A stretch of DNA of 64,000 bases from Thermodesulfobacteriota bacterium (lineage in GTDB: Bacteria; Desulfobacterota_D; UBA1144; Nemesobacterales; JAJCZQ01), in assembly GCA_965203965.1 (NCBI GenBank), contig CBDBDR010000017.1:64001-128000 (forward strand). Reading direction: 5' to 3'. Position numbers and translations under genes: made by a program. Positions 46,706 through 56,298 of this stretch are shown one piece after another. Every line of letters begins with the position of its first letter. Within the stretch, counting starts at the first letter, position 1. The notes beneath the pieces are model-generated. The model was not told the DNA's origin, did not search any database, and worked only from the letters and a program-made list of their open reading frames with translations.

Positions 46706-48946
46706 CTATTCTGTGTAGCTTATCTTCAGACTACCGTTTTCCAGATCAATATTTACCGTTCCGCCAGCTGGAAGGTCGCCGAACAGTAGTTTCTTAGATA
46801 ATTTTTCCGTGATTTCCTTGTCAATAAGTCTTTTGATAGGTCTTGCACCAAGCTGTACGTCATAGCCTTTTTTTGCAATATAGGTTCTTGCTTCACTGGA
46901 CAGTTTTATGCTTATTTTTTTTGCCTTTGCTCTGTCTTCAAGCTCCCTTGTCATTTTATTAACTATTTTTTCAACGGTAACCATGTCAAGTGCCTTGAAT
47001 TTCAGGATCGCCGTCAGTCGGTTCCTGAATTCGGGACTGAAGTATTTTTCAATTGCCTCGCTGCTTTTGTCTTCAAATTCTTTCTGGGTAAATCCCATAT
47101 TTCTCCTTGAGCTTTCTCTTGACCCAGTGTTGGTTGTGAAGATCAGTATGACCTGGCGAAAATCAACTCTTCTACCATGTGGATCCGTAAGAGATGCATG
47201 GTCCATGACTTGAAGCAGTATGTTATAAATATCTTGATGAGCTTTTTCAATCTCATCAAGAAGCAGCACGCAATGAGGCGCTTTGTTCACAGTTTCGGTC
47301 AACTGCCCACCCTCTTCATAACCAACGTAGCCCGGTGGTGAACCTATTAACCTTGAAACAGTGTGCTTTTCCATGTATTCACTCATGTCAAATCTGATAA
47401 ATTCTATCCCTAAGATCTCTGCAAGTTTCCTTGCAAGTTCGGTCTTACCGACACCCGTAGGCCCTGAGAACATGAATGACCCTATTGGCTTATTCGGTTC
47501 TTTCAGCCCGGTTCGTGAAACCTGAATGGAGTTTACGAGCTTTTCAACTGCTGCATCTTGACCATAAATATATTTTTTCAGGTCATCCTCCATACCCTCG
47601 AGTAGATTTTTATCCTCTGCCCTTACTGTTCTTGGGGGTATTTTTGTTATTTTAGATACAATGCTTTCCACATCCTTGACGGTAACCTGGGAATATTCCT
47701 GTGTATCGTTTCGCAGCTTGATGGCTGCTCCCGTTTCATCAAGAATGTCAATTGCCTTATCAGGTAATCTCCTGTCGTTCATAAATTTAGCCGACAACTC
47801 AACGGATGCCTTGATCGCTTTTGGTGAATAATAGACTTTGTGGTATTTCTCATAGTATTTTTTAATTCCGGTCAGGATCTTTATGGTTTCGCTTTCATTC
47901 GGTTCATGCACGTCAATTTTCTGAAATCTTCTTGCAAGTGCATTATCCTTTTCAAAAACGCTTCTGAACTCTTTCTGGGTTGTTGTTCCTATGCACCTTA
48001 TGTCACCGTTTGCAAGAACAGGTTTGAGCATATTTGAGGCGTCAAGGCTACCACCTGACACGGCACCGGCACCTATAACCGTGTGTATTTCATCAATGAA
48101 CAGAATTTTTGATGTATCACCCTTTACGCTGTCTATGATGCCTTTCAATCTTTCCTCAAAATCTCCTCTATATCTCGTGCCAGCCGTTAAGGTTCCCATT
48201 TCTAAGGCGTATATGTTTACATTTGCAAGACTTGCCGGTATCTCTCCGTTCACTATTTTGTAGGCAAGTCCTTCTGCAATTGCGGTTTTCCCCACCCCTG
48301 CCTCACCAACAAGTATGGGATTGTTTTTTCTGCGTCTTGATAGTATGTGTATCACTCTGTCAAGTTCGTTCTCCCTACCGATTATGGGATCAATCCTGTT
48401 TTCTCTTGCATTATTGACAAGGTTTGTGCAAAAAAGAGAAAGAGCCCCTTTTTCATTATTTGTTTCCTCACTTTGATCGCCAGTAGTTTTAGATATGGCA
48501 TTTTCAAAATTCTGAGATACTGTCCCGTGTGAAATGTATTTTACGAGCTTATACCTACTAAGACCTTGCTCCATAAGAAAAAAAAGTGCGTGGGACTCAG
48601 GCAGCCTGAACATTGACATCAACAGGTTGCACCCGTTTATTTCTTCCTTATCGGCTGATTCTGCGTGCATGGACGTAATTCTCAGTATGTATTTGCTGCC
48701 AGCCGAATATTTAGGTTCTGGAAGGTGATCTGATTCTATGCTGGGTATGTTCTCTTTAAGAAACTTATCCAGAGATTCCTTGAATATATCCAGATCAACC
48801 CCGCATTCTACCAGTGCGACTGATGCTACTTCATCGTTTGTAAGCTCAAATAGAATGTGTTCGGGAGTTATAAATTCCTGCCTGCGATTTTTTGCCTGTT
48901 CATAAGCTCTGTATAAGGTTTTCTCAAGCTCTTCAGAAAGGATCAA
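46706..48946 (-). CDS. clpA: ATP-dependent Clp protease ATP-binding subunit ClpA
   Basis: GEAGVGKT, GPTGVGKT, no middle coiled-coil domain, MGF loop, adjacent to clpS. Confidence 0.95.
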   Translation of the reverse strand: MILSEELEKTLYRAYEQAKNRRQEFITPEHILFELTNDEVASVALVECGVDLDIFKESLDKFLKENIPSIESDHLPEPKYSAGSKYILRITSMHAESADKEEINGCNLLMSMFRLPESHALFFLMEQGLSRYKLVKYISHGTVSQNFENAISKTTGDQSEETNNEKGALSLFCTNLVNNARENRIDPIIGRENELDRVIHILSRRRKNNPILVGEAGVGKTAIAEGLAYKIVNGEIPASLANVNIYALEMGTLTAGTRYRGDFEERLKGIIDSVKGDTSKILFIDEIHTVIGAGAVSGGSLDASNMLKPVLANGDIRCIGTTTQKEFRSVFEKDNALARRFQKIDVHEPNESETIKILTGIKKYYEKYHKVYYSPKAIKASVELSAKFMNDRRLPDKAIDILDETGAAIKLRNDTQEYSQVTVKDVESIVSKITKIPPRTVRAEDKNLLEGMEDDLKKYIYGQDAAVEKLVNSIQVSRTGLKEPNKPIGSFMFSGPTGVGKTELARKLAEILGIEFIRFDMSEYMEKHTVSRLIGSPPGYVGYEEGGQLTETVNKAPHCVLLLDEIEKAHQDIYNILLQVMDHASLTDPHGRRVDFRQVILIFTTNTGSRESSRRNMGFTQKEFEDKSSEAIEKYFSPEFRNRLTAILKFKALDMVTVEKIVNKMTRELEDRAKAKKISIKLSSEARTYIAKKGYDVQLGARPIKRLIDKEITEKLSKKLLFGDLPAGGTVNIDLENGSLKISYTE

Positions 48947-49284
48947 CTTTCATCTCCTCCGGATTCAATTTCCAGAATACATTTCAATGGGTGTTCATAT
49001 TTCTGAGCCAGTCTCGCAACCTGTGCCACTTTTGACTTTGCAATGTCGTAGGTGCAAACATCTATTGTGCTTTTTCCCTTTGTGTGTGCTTCAAGCATAA
49101 TCCTGTTGCTTTCATCTTGTGTTTTATAAAAAACTTTCATCACTGCCCAGATGACAAATTCCCTTGGTGTGTAGTCATCGTTTAGAAGAACTATCCTATA
49201 CATATTAGGTTTCTTCAACAGAGGTTTTTCTTCCGTCACCCAGTTAGTTTTTGACATTCCCTGTTTTTCTTTATCTACTGACAT
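48943..49284 (-). CDS. clpS: Clp protease adaptor ClpS
   Basis: YRIVLLNDDYTPREFV, MLEAHTKG, HPL. Confidence 0.95.
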   Translation of the reverse strand: MSVDKEKQGMSKTNWVTEEKPLLKKPNMYRIVLLNDDYTPREFVIWAVMKVFYKTQDESNRIMLEAHTKGKSTIDVCTYDIAKSKVAQVARLAQKYEHPLKCILEIESGGDES

Positions 49285-49296
49285 TTTTGTGCCTGT

Positions 49297-50499
49297 TTAA
49301 TTACCGTTTAAGTATTTTAGAGGTGATCTTTTGTTATAGTTGTCTATCAGTTTCAGCATATAGTTTCTTTCCTGCTGCAGATAGCTGCTTATTGAATCTG
49401 TTGCAGACTTGTTGAAAAAAAGGTGAGAGCTGTATATTGGCACTGCCTTAAATCCTCTAAGGAATTTATGCTCACCCTGTGCCCCGGCTTCAAATACTTT
49501 AATGTTATTCCGTATTGCATAATCAATTAAACTGTAATAGCAGCACTCAAAATGTAAATTGCTGATATTTGTAATAGTTCCCCAATACCTGCCGAATAGT
49601 CTGGAGCTTTTCAGAAAATTTATTGAACCTCCAAGCCAGTTCTCATTGCTTTTTGCCATGACCATTAACATTCTATCAGAAAAATTGCTGTGAATTAAAT
49701 TAAAGAATTCGTGGTTCAAATAGGCAGTGCCCCATTTTTTCAAATTTGTGTTGCTGTAAAACTGCCACATCGCTTCAATATGTTCCTTTTTTATATCATC
49801 TCCCCTGAGTATTTGTATATCCATATTTAGATCGTAAACAGATTTTCTTTCCTTTTTTACTTGCTTTCTCTTTGAGGATCTAAAATTCTGTAAAAAATGA
49901 TCAAAATCTTCGTAGTCCCTGTTTTCCCAGTGGTATTGGTGTGTAATTCTTTCAATAAAACCCGCTTCCTTCAAAATTTCCTGCTCCTGTTTGTCCATGA
50001 ACAGGCAGTGTATGGATGAGAGTGAAAGCTCTTTTGACAGTTCAATTATGATGTCAACCAAGAGTAGAGAACAGGTTTTGTAGTCGTATTTGGGGTGAAC
50101 GATAATTCTTTTTCCGGTAGTTGGTGTGAATGGAATGCCCACAACTCCTTTGGGATAGTATCTAATCCCTGCCATCTCATAAGCCCTTGCCCATTCCCAA
50201 TCAAAGATAAATTCGCCATAGGAATCCGTCTTTATAAAAAAGGCGAGTGAGGCTATCAGTTTTTGGTTATCAAAAAGAAGGATATATCTCGGGTCCCAGC
50301 CTGTCTGCTTTCCTATACAGCCTGATTTTTCTAAATTCAGCAGGAATTCATAGTCAAAAAAAGGGTGATTCTTATCCTGAATGGCGTTGTAGGCATGCCT
50401 GTCAACTTCGGCAATTGATTCTACTATTACAGTGTTCATTACGGGAGATTTTTTGAGATTTGACAGGATAACTTTACACGGTTTTCTACTGTTAGACAC
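49297..50499 (-). CDS. FemAB-like GNAT family protein (DUF482-type); start may be ATG 50439
   Basis: HPF, TGWDP, SYGEFIFDWEWA, YYPK, PFTP, GRYWG, LHFECCYY, EAGAQGEHK..RGF. Confidence 0.88.
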   Translation of the reverse strand: MSNSRKPCKVILSNLKKSPVMNTVIVESIAEVDRHAYNAIQDKNHPFFDYEFLLNLEKSGCIGKQTGWDPRYILLFDNQKLIASLAFFIKTDSYGEFIFDWEWARAYEMAGIRYYPKGVVGIPFTPTTGKRIIVHPKYDYKTCSLLLVDIIIELSKELSLSSIHCLFMDKQEQEILKEAGFIERITHQYHWENRDYEDFDHFLQNFRSSKRKQVKKERKSVYDLNMDIQILRGDDIKKEHIEAMWQFYSNTNLKKWGTAYLNHEFFNLIHSNFSDRMLMVMAKSNENWLGGSINFLKSSRLFGRYWGTITNISNLHFECCYYSLIDYAIRNNIKVFEAGAQGEHKFLRGFKAVPIYSSHLFFNKSATDSISSYLQQERNYMLKLIDNYNKRSPLKYLNGN

Positions 50500-50671
50500 A
50501 GAGATTAATTCCCCTTGGATTTAGACAAGAATAAATTGGAGAAGTATTGATAAAGAACTAAAAATTAGTAAAGAATAAAGGTACAATCGTGCCAATAAAA
50601 GTTTTAAAAAACGAGTATAATATAACGATAAATATCAGATTTGTATAAAGAAATAGTTAACATTAGGGGGG

Positions 50672-52342
50672 TTGATGAGAGCACCAGTTATTGCCATAAT
50701 CGTTTTTATAGCCTATTTCCTTGGATACAAATTTTACTCATTATACTTGTCCAAAAGAATCTTCAAACTGTCTGACGATGAACTAACACCAGCAAACGAG
50801 ATCAATGACGGTGTGGATTTTGTCCCATCTCAAAAGCATGTTTTGTTCGGACATCATTTTGCTTCTATTGCTGGTGCCGCACCGATAATCGGACCTGCAA
50901 TTGCGGTGTTCTGGGGTTGGTTGCCGGCTGTTTTATGGATTGTTTTCGGAACTATTTTAATGGGTGCCGTTCATGATTTTTCCGCACTCGTAGTTTCGGC
51001 GAGAAACAAAGGACGATCCATAAGCAACCTTGCGGGAAATTTTATTAATCCAAGGGCAAGAACTCTTTTTATGCTTATCGTTTATTTCTTGATATTTTTC
51101 GTGATGGCTGTATTTGCCTATTCGGTTGCATCACTGTTTGTAATGTTTCCTTCAAGTGTGGTTCCAGTTAATTTTGAGATCATTGTAGCTGTATTGCTAG
51201 GCTTTCTATTTTATAAAAAAGGGGTGCCTCTTCTTTGGCCTTCAATCATAGCTCTTGTGGCTCTCTATCTGATGATATGGGTGGGAACCAAGCTGCCGGT
51301 ACATGTACCTGAGGTCATGGGCTCACAGATAGTAACGTGGATAATATTCCTTTTTATTTACTCTTTTATAGCATCTGTTCTCCCAGTGTGGACACTGTTG
51401 CAGCCCAGAGATTATATAAATAGCCATCAATTAATCGTTGGACTTGGAGTTGTGATTTTGGCGTTATTCGTTGCTAATCCTATGATGCAGGCACCAGCCT
51501 TTAATACCAACGCGAGCTTGGATGGAATACCGCTGACCCCTTTTCTTTTTGTGACGGTAGCATGTGGTGCAATAAGTGGGTTTCACGGTCTTGTTGCTAG
51601 CGGAACAACGTCCAAACAGTTGAACCGGATGACTGATGCAAGATTTATCGGTTATGGTGGGATGATAGGTGAAGCTACCCTTGCGATGCTTGCAACTTTG
51701 GCAGTTGCTGCTGGAATTGAGCACAGCGTCTGGCTGGATAAATATGCTACGTGGCATCTTGCCTTGGACAGTGGAATTGGCAATTTTGTCCTCGGTACCT
51801 CTTCATTTTTAAAATCGCTTATGATCCCTGAAGTAGTCGGAACCACTTTGATAAGCGTTATGATAATCAGTTTTGCAGCAACTTCGCTTGATACTGCAAC
51901 ACGTATCCAGAGGTTCATAATAGAAGAGTTAGGGTCGGTATACAAAATAAACATGCTTAAAAACAGGTATGTCGCATCACTTTTTGCAGTTATTCCAGCT
52001 TTAATGCTTGCTCTTCTTGTAGAAGCCCCCGGTAAGGGTCCGGGTTCAGGTGGAATTCTACTCTGGCCACTATTTGGATCCACCAACCAACTTGTAGCAG
52101 CAATTACACTTCTAGTTGTAACTGTATATATGTGGAAAGCTAATAAGCCGGTAATTTATACTTTGATACCCATGGTTCTGCTTATAATTATGACAATAGC
52201 TTCAATGATTTTGAATTTCAAGGTTTTTTCAAACAACTACCTATTATTAATACTTTCAGCAATCATTCTTGCACTTGCAGTGTGGCTGGTGCTTGAAACT
52301 CTTATATTTTACAGAAATGAAAAAGGCAAGAAAGACACTTAA
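50672..52342 (+). CDS. cstA: Carbon starvation protein A family transporter
   Basis: DGVDFVP, GHHFASIAGAAPIIGP, LLQPRDY, ACGAISGFH, WPLFGSTNQL. Confidence 0.93.
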   Translation: MMRAPVIAIIVFIAYFLGYKFYSLYLSKRIFKLSDDELTPANEINDGVDFVPSQKHVLFGHHFASIAGAAPIIGPAIAVFWGWLPAVLWIVFGTILMGAVHDFSALVVSARNKGRSISNLAGNFINPRARTLFMLIVYFLIFFVMAVFAYSVASLFVMFPSSVVPVNFEIIVAVLLGFLFYKKGVPLLWPSIIALVALYLMIWVGTKLPVHVPEVMGSQIVTWIIFLFIYSFIASVLPVWTLLQPRDYINSHQLIVGLGVVILALFVANPMMQAPAFNTNASLDGIPLTPFLFVTVACGAISGFHGLVASGTTSKQLNRMTDARFIGYGGMIGEATLAMLATLAVAAGIEHSVWLDKYATWHLALDSGIGNFVLGTSSFLKSLMIPEVVGTTLISVMIISFAATSLDTATRIQRFIIEELGSVYKINMLKNRYVASLFAVIPALMLALLVEAPGKGPGSGGILLWPLFGSTNQLVAAITLLVVTVYMWKANKPVIYTLIPMVLLIIMTIASMILNFKVFSNNYLLLILSAIILALAVWLVLETLIFYRNEKGKKDT

Positions 52343-52944
52343 ATTTCCTTCCTATCTTTCAAGGCTTTTGCTATGGTCAGTTCATCTATGTATTCAAGGT
52401 CTCCTCCCATAGGTATGCCGTGGGCTAGCCTGGTTACTTTAACACCAAGAGGTTTTACCAGTTTTGCAATATATAATGAGGTTGCCTCTCCCTCAACGCT
52501 TGGATTAGTGGCTATTAGCACTTCATCTGTTGATGTGTTTTCAAGGCGTCTTATAAGATCAGAAATCATTAAATCATCAGGTCCAACTCCATCGAGTGGT
52601 GATATAACACCGTTTAATACATGATAAGCTCCCTTGAACTCACCACTTTTTTCTATTGCCATTAGATCAAGGGGGTCTTCAACCACACAGATAACTGATC
52701 TGGTGCGTGAGTGGTCAGTGCATATAGCGCAGGGGTCAGTAGAAGATAGGTTAAAGCACGTGCTGCACGTGCGGACTTTGGATTTTGTTTCCGATATTGC
52801 TCTGGCAAGCCCCTGAGTATACTCGTCCCTAGATTTCAATATATAGAAAGCAAGCCTTGTGGCATTTTTTTCTCCGATACCGGGCAACTTGGAAAACTCT
52901 TCAATAAGTCTGAATACAGGTTCTGGAAGTCCGCTTCGGCTCAT
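52339..52944 (-). CDS. recR: Recombination mediator RecR
   Basis: LPGIGEK, C4 zinc finger, ATNPSVEGEAT, GGDLEYID. Confidence 0.96.
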   Translation of the reverse strand: MSRSGLPEPVFRLIEEFSKLPGIGEKNATRLAFYILKSRDEYTQGLARAISETKSKVRTCSTCFNLSSTDPCAICTDHSRTRSVICVVEDPLDLMAIEKSGEFKGAYHVLNGVISPLDGVGPDDLMISDLIRRLENTSTDEVLIATNPSVEGEATSLYIAKLVKPLGVKVTRLAHGIPMGGDLEYIDELTIAKALKDRKEI

Positions 52945-52946
52945 GC

Positions 52947-53270
52947 TTAAAGGAGACCGGGAGGCAGACCAAGATCGCCAGCGAGTTTTGCAACTTCACT
53001 CTTCATCTTTTGTTGTCCTTGATTCAATGCTTCGTTTACGGCAGCAACTATAAGGTCTTGGAGCATGTCAACGTCGTTGTCATTTATAACTTCAGGGTCA
53101 ATTGTTATGGATGTGATCTCACCCTTGGCTTTTGCCGTAACGGTTACCATTCCACCACCTGATGTGACTTCAAGCTCTTTCTCTCCAACTTCTGATTGCA
53201 TCTTTTCCATTTGTTCTTTCATTCTGGATGCTTGCTTAACTAAATTCTTCACGTTTCCGCCAAGTTTCAT
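52947..53270 (-). CDS. ybaB: YbaB/EbfC nucleoid-associated protein
   Basis: SGGGMVTV, LQDLIVAAVNEA, directly upstream of recR. Confidence 0.93.
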   Translation of the reverse strand: MKLGGNVKNLVKQASRMKEQMEKMQSEVGEKELEVTSGGGMVTVTAKAKGEITSITIDPEVINDNDVDMLQDLIVAAVNEALNQGQQKMKSEVAKLAGDLGLPPGLL

Positions 53271-53346
53271 ATTGATGCTCCTTTGTTGTTATATATTTTG
53301 TATTTTACTGTGCTTTAAGGTTAATGCATGAATATTTTATATTAAT

Positions 53347-56298
53347 TCAAATAAAATTAAAGGAACGTATGTTTTGTTCCTCGTTCTCTTTGAACGAATA
53401 TGGTTTATTCGATATAAGTGGTTCTTGACTAATCCATTGACGCCATTGATCTGTAATACTTTTATCTACATTTAACATGTTCGCAGTTTCATGATCTATA
53501 ATACGACGTGTTTCATCAGCATAAGCGTTGGATAAACGTTGCAATGGAATATCTTTTACCTGATTGAATACATTGATAAGTAATTCCAAATCAACTCTAT
53601 CTGGATTAGGAAGCATAAGTGTTTTTAGATAATCTCCCTCAAAATTCGGATAAGTTAATATTTTAGTTCTCCAATTGAGCATCTGAATTATCCCAAAACT
53701 GGAATTCATAAATATAGCAAATGCTTTTGCTAATTCTGAATCTCTTACACCGATAGGTCTATATGCACTTCCAATGGCAGGTTGTTCACTGTAAATAGCT
53801 ATACAACGAGTGTTCGTTGTTCTAAGTCTAGTTGGAATTAAAATATAATCAGCTTTTTCCCAATCCTTTCTTGCACCTATTTCATGCCCTGGTCTAATGT
53901 ATGCTTTATGTGTGGGTTTAACATTAATTTTATTAATTACATATTCTGCAATGGTACAAAACATATCACCATCTTTGCTTTCAGTATAATTAAAATTACT
54001 CCTGATAGATCGACTATCTGGCTTAAAATCATATTTATTCCCAGCTATTTCCAGTCCACTAAGTTCTCTAATTTGTTCATACACCCTCGGCAATTCTGAA
54101 TTCACCCACTGGCATGGAGTCCAATCTCCCAAAGATACCTTGGCTTCATCCCATAAAGTCTCTGTATACAACCCACTTGGAGATCGTGACTTAATCGCAT
54201 TAATTAAAACCTCAGATTCCTTTAATGTCCCCGGATATTTTAAAATTTGAATAAATCGCGTTGGTTTTCGCTTTCTACTACGGCGTCCAATTATAAGAGA
54301 TTCATGAATATTAGTATTTTCTGAAAAATTTGGATGTTTTGGATCATGTGATGTAAGTATCATTTCAACTTGAAAATGCTTTCCAATATATTTTCTTTGA
54401 TCATTACCATTATTGGAAGTACACATTGTAGTTGGAATTACTTGAGCAAGTGTTCCCGATTCTGCTGCTAAAATAGCATTAGTTATAGGAGTAAAATAAG
54501 GTTGAATACTCCCTTCATTAATAGATGCACCAATATCGGGATTATTCCGTTTAAGTAATTTCCTAATTTGACTGCGCCGATCTTTCAATGCATCTCTCGT
54601 ATTATTTGTAAATTTTCTTCCAGTGCTTTCTAAGTTAGTAAATGGTGGATTACAAATTACAGCATCCAATTCTTGAGGAACCATCATGTCCACATTTTCA
54701 TTTTCCACATTCACGGAATCTAATACTAAATTATCAGGAATAATCTGATTTTTCATAATAGATTTGTCCAGTAACATTTCAATAGTTCCAAGTCTTACAT
54801 CTTTTACATCTCCGCCTGTAGCACCTCTTACAGGACCATATGGGAGAACACGAAGATTCATTCCTCGATAATCAGTGTTCGGAGCACCTATAGTCAAATT
54901 GCAAGCGGTAAGTTGTATTGCTGTTTTATTAATATCAAATCCATACATGCTGTTTTCTACTAAATCCCGATGCAATGTTTCGATTTGACCATCATCTAAA
55001 TTACCAGCCTTCTGAGCATGAGATTTAATAGCGTTAAGAGCAGCCATCAATAACGTTCCCGTTCCACATGCCGGATCACAAATACGCAACCTCTTAACCG
55101 TCTCTATATCACTCCAATCCATAAATGCTTCATTGAAAGCCAACTCTGCAAGTAAAAAAGCCGACAAGTTTTTGGTATAAAGAGCTCCATCACTTTTCCG
55201 ACTCCCCAACACTTTATGATATAAAGGACCTGCATGATCAAACCCCATTTTATTTAATGTAGTTGCATTCTGAATAGCACAATCAATCAATGTTAATACC
55301 GCATTATTAATTGCCTCCACCCCGTGCAATCTCTCAACTAAATTATTTAAGAGTGAAACTGCATCCTGAAAAATCGGACTGTAATCCTTTTCCAATATGA
55401 ATTCCCATGCACTTTGCAATATACTGATTGGATCTCTCTTCGTTCGCGCCTTCTCGATTTTTACTAAATCACTCAAATTACCAGTATCCTCAAGCCGCCG
55501 ATGCATAATACAAGCATTTACAATAAGCAATGCTGCTGTCTTACAACTTTCATCTTTCTCCGGATTTGGATCTGTGCCTATCGTATCCGCAATAATTTTA
55601 GTGGCATTTTCATTGTGAAAAATACGGCTGGCTGTATCCACTGCCTGGCTAATTGCATCAGCTGTATATTTGCCTTGACGTAAAAACCCAGCAGTATTGG
55701 AAATAAAAGCATAAATATCTTGAACATTTTCCTCGTCCAATAATGACTGTTGCATCATAGGTATATCTTCTTGCGGTATATCACTAAGGACATCATCTTT
55801 TTGTCTAACCTCATAAATTGAAAGATGGTCGTATAATTCAGTCAGTAATCGGTTATCATGGGATTGCAACGCCTTTAAAACATTGCCCAAGGGTTTGAAC
55901 CTGGAATTGTCTGCTTTCAATGTATCTATAATATTAGCATTTGCAGGTAATACTACAGGTACAATAATATAACCAAATTCTTTCCCAGAGTTGTCATCTC
56001 TGCGCATCACCCGTCCTACCGCTTGAATTGTATCTACCTGACTTTTACGCGGGTCCAAAAATGCAATTGCATTTAATGCCGGAACATCAATCCCTTCTGT
56101 AAATAATTTTGCATTGGTAATCAATTGAGGAGTTTCCTTAGAAGCATCATCATTGAGAATTCGCAAGGCACTATTTCTATCTAATGCATTGGTCTTTCCA
56201 TCCACATGTTGGGTATTTATCTGAAGTGCTTTTTTCGCACCTTGATTTTTCTTTCTAGCTTGTTTTGTTACCCATTCCTTTACTTTTCCATCAACCAA
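53347..56298 (-). CDS. Type ISP-like restriction-modification enzyme, C-terminal portion (helicase motifs V-VI, adenine MTase, target recognition region)
   Basis: TEGIDVP, QAVGRVMR, GYIIVPV, ICDPACGTGTLL, NPPF. In frame with the upstream ORF and separated from it only by TGA 56299-56301. Confidence 0.8.
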   Translation of the reverse strand: MVDGKVKEWVTKQARKKNQGAKKALQINTQHVDGKTNALDRNSALRILNDDASKETPQLITNAKLFTEGIDVPALNAIAFLDPRKSQVDTIQAVGRVMRRDDNSGKEFGYIIVPVVLPANANIIDTLKADNSRFKPLGNVLKALQSHDNRLLTELYDHLSIYEVRQKDDVLSDIPQEDIPMMQQSLLDEENVQDIYAFISNTAGFLRQGKYTADAISQAVDTASRIFHNENATKIIADTIGTDPNPEKDESCKTAALLIVNACIMHRRLEDTGNLSDLVKIEKARTKRDPISILQSAWEFILEKDYSPIFQDAVSLLNNLVERLHGVEAINNAVLTLIDCAIQNATTLNKMGFDHAGPLYHKVLGSRKSDGALYTKNLSAFLLAELAFNEAFMDWSDIETVKRLRICDPACGTGTLLMAALNAIKSHAQKAGNLDDGQIETLHRDLVENSMYGFDINKTAIQLTACNLTIGAPNTDYRGMNLRVLPYGPVRGATGGDVKDVRLGTIEMLLDKSIMKNQIIPDNLVLDSVNVENENVDMMVPQELDAVICNPPFTNLESTGRKFTNNTRDALKDRRSQIRKLLKRNNPDIGASINEGSIQPYFTPITNAILAAESGTLAQVIPTTMCTSNNGNDQRKYIGKHFQVEMILTSHDPKHPNFSENTNIHESLIIGRRSRKRKPTRFIQILKYPGTLKESEVLINAIKSRSPSGLYTETLWDEAKVSLGDWTPCQWVNSELPRVYEQIRELSGLEIAGNKYDFKPDSRSIRSNFNYTESKDGDMFCTIAEYVINKINVKPTHKAYIRPGHEIGARKDWEKADYILIPTRLRTTNTRCIAIYSEQPAIGSAYRPIGVRDSELAKAFAIFMNSSFGIIQMLNWRTKILTYPNFEGDYLKTLMLPNPDRVDLELLINVFNQVKDIPLQRLSNAYADETRRIIDHETANMLNVDKSITDQWRQWISQEPLISNKPYSFKENEEQNIRSFNFI

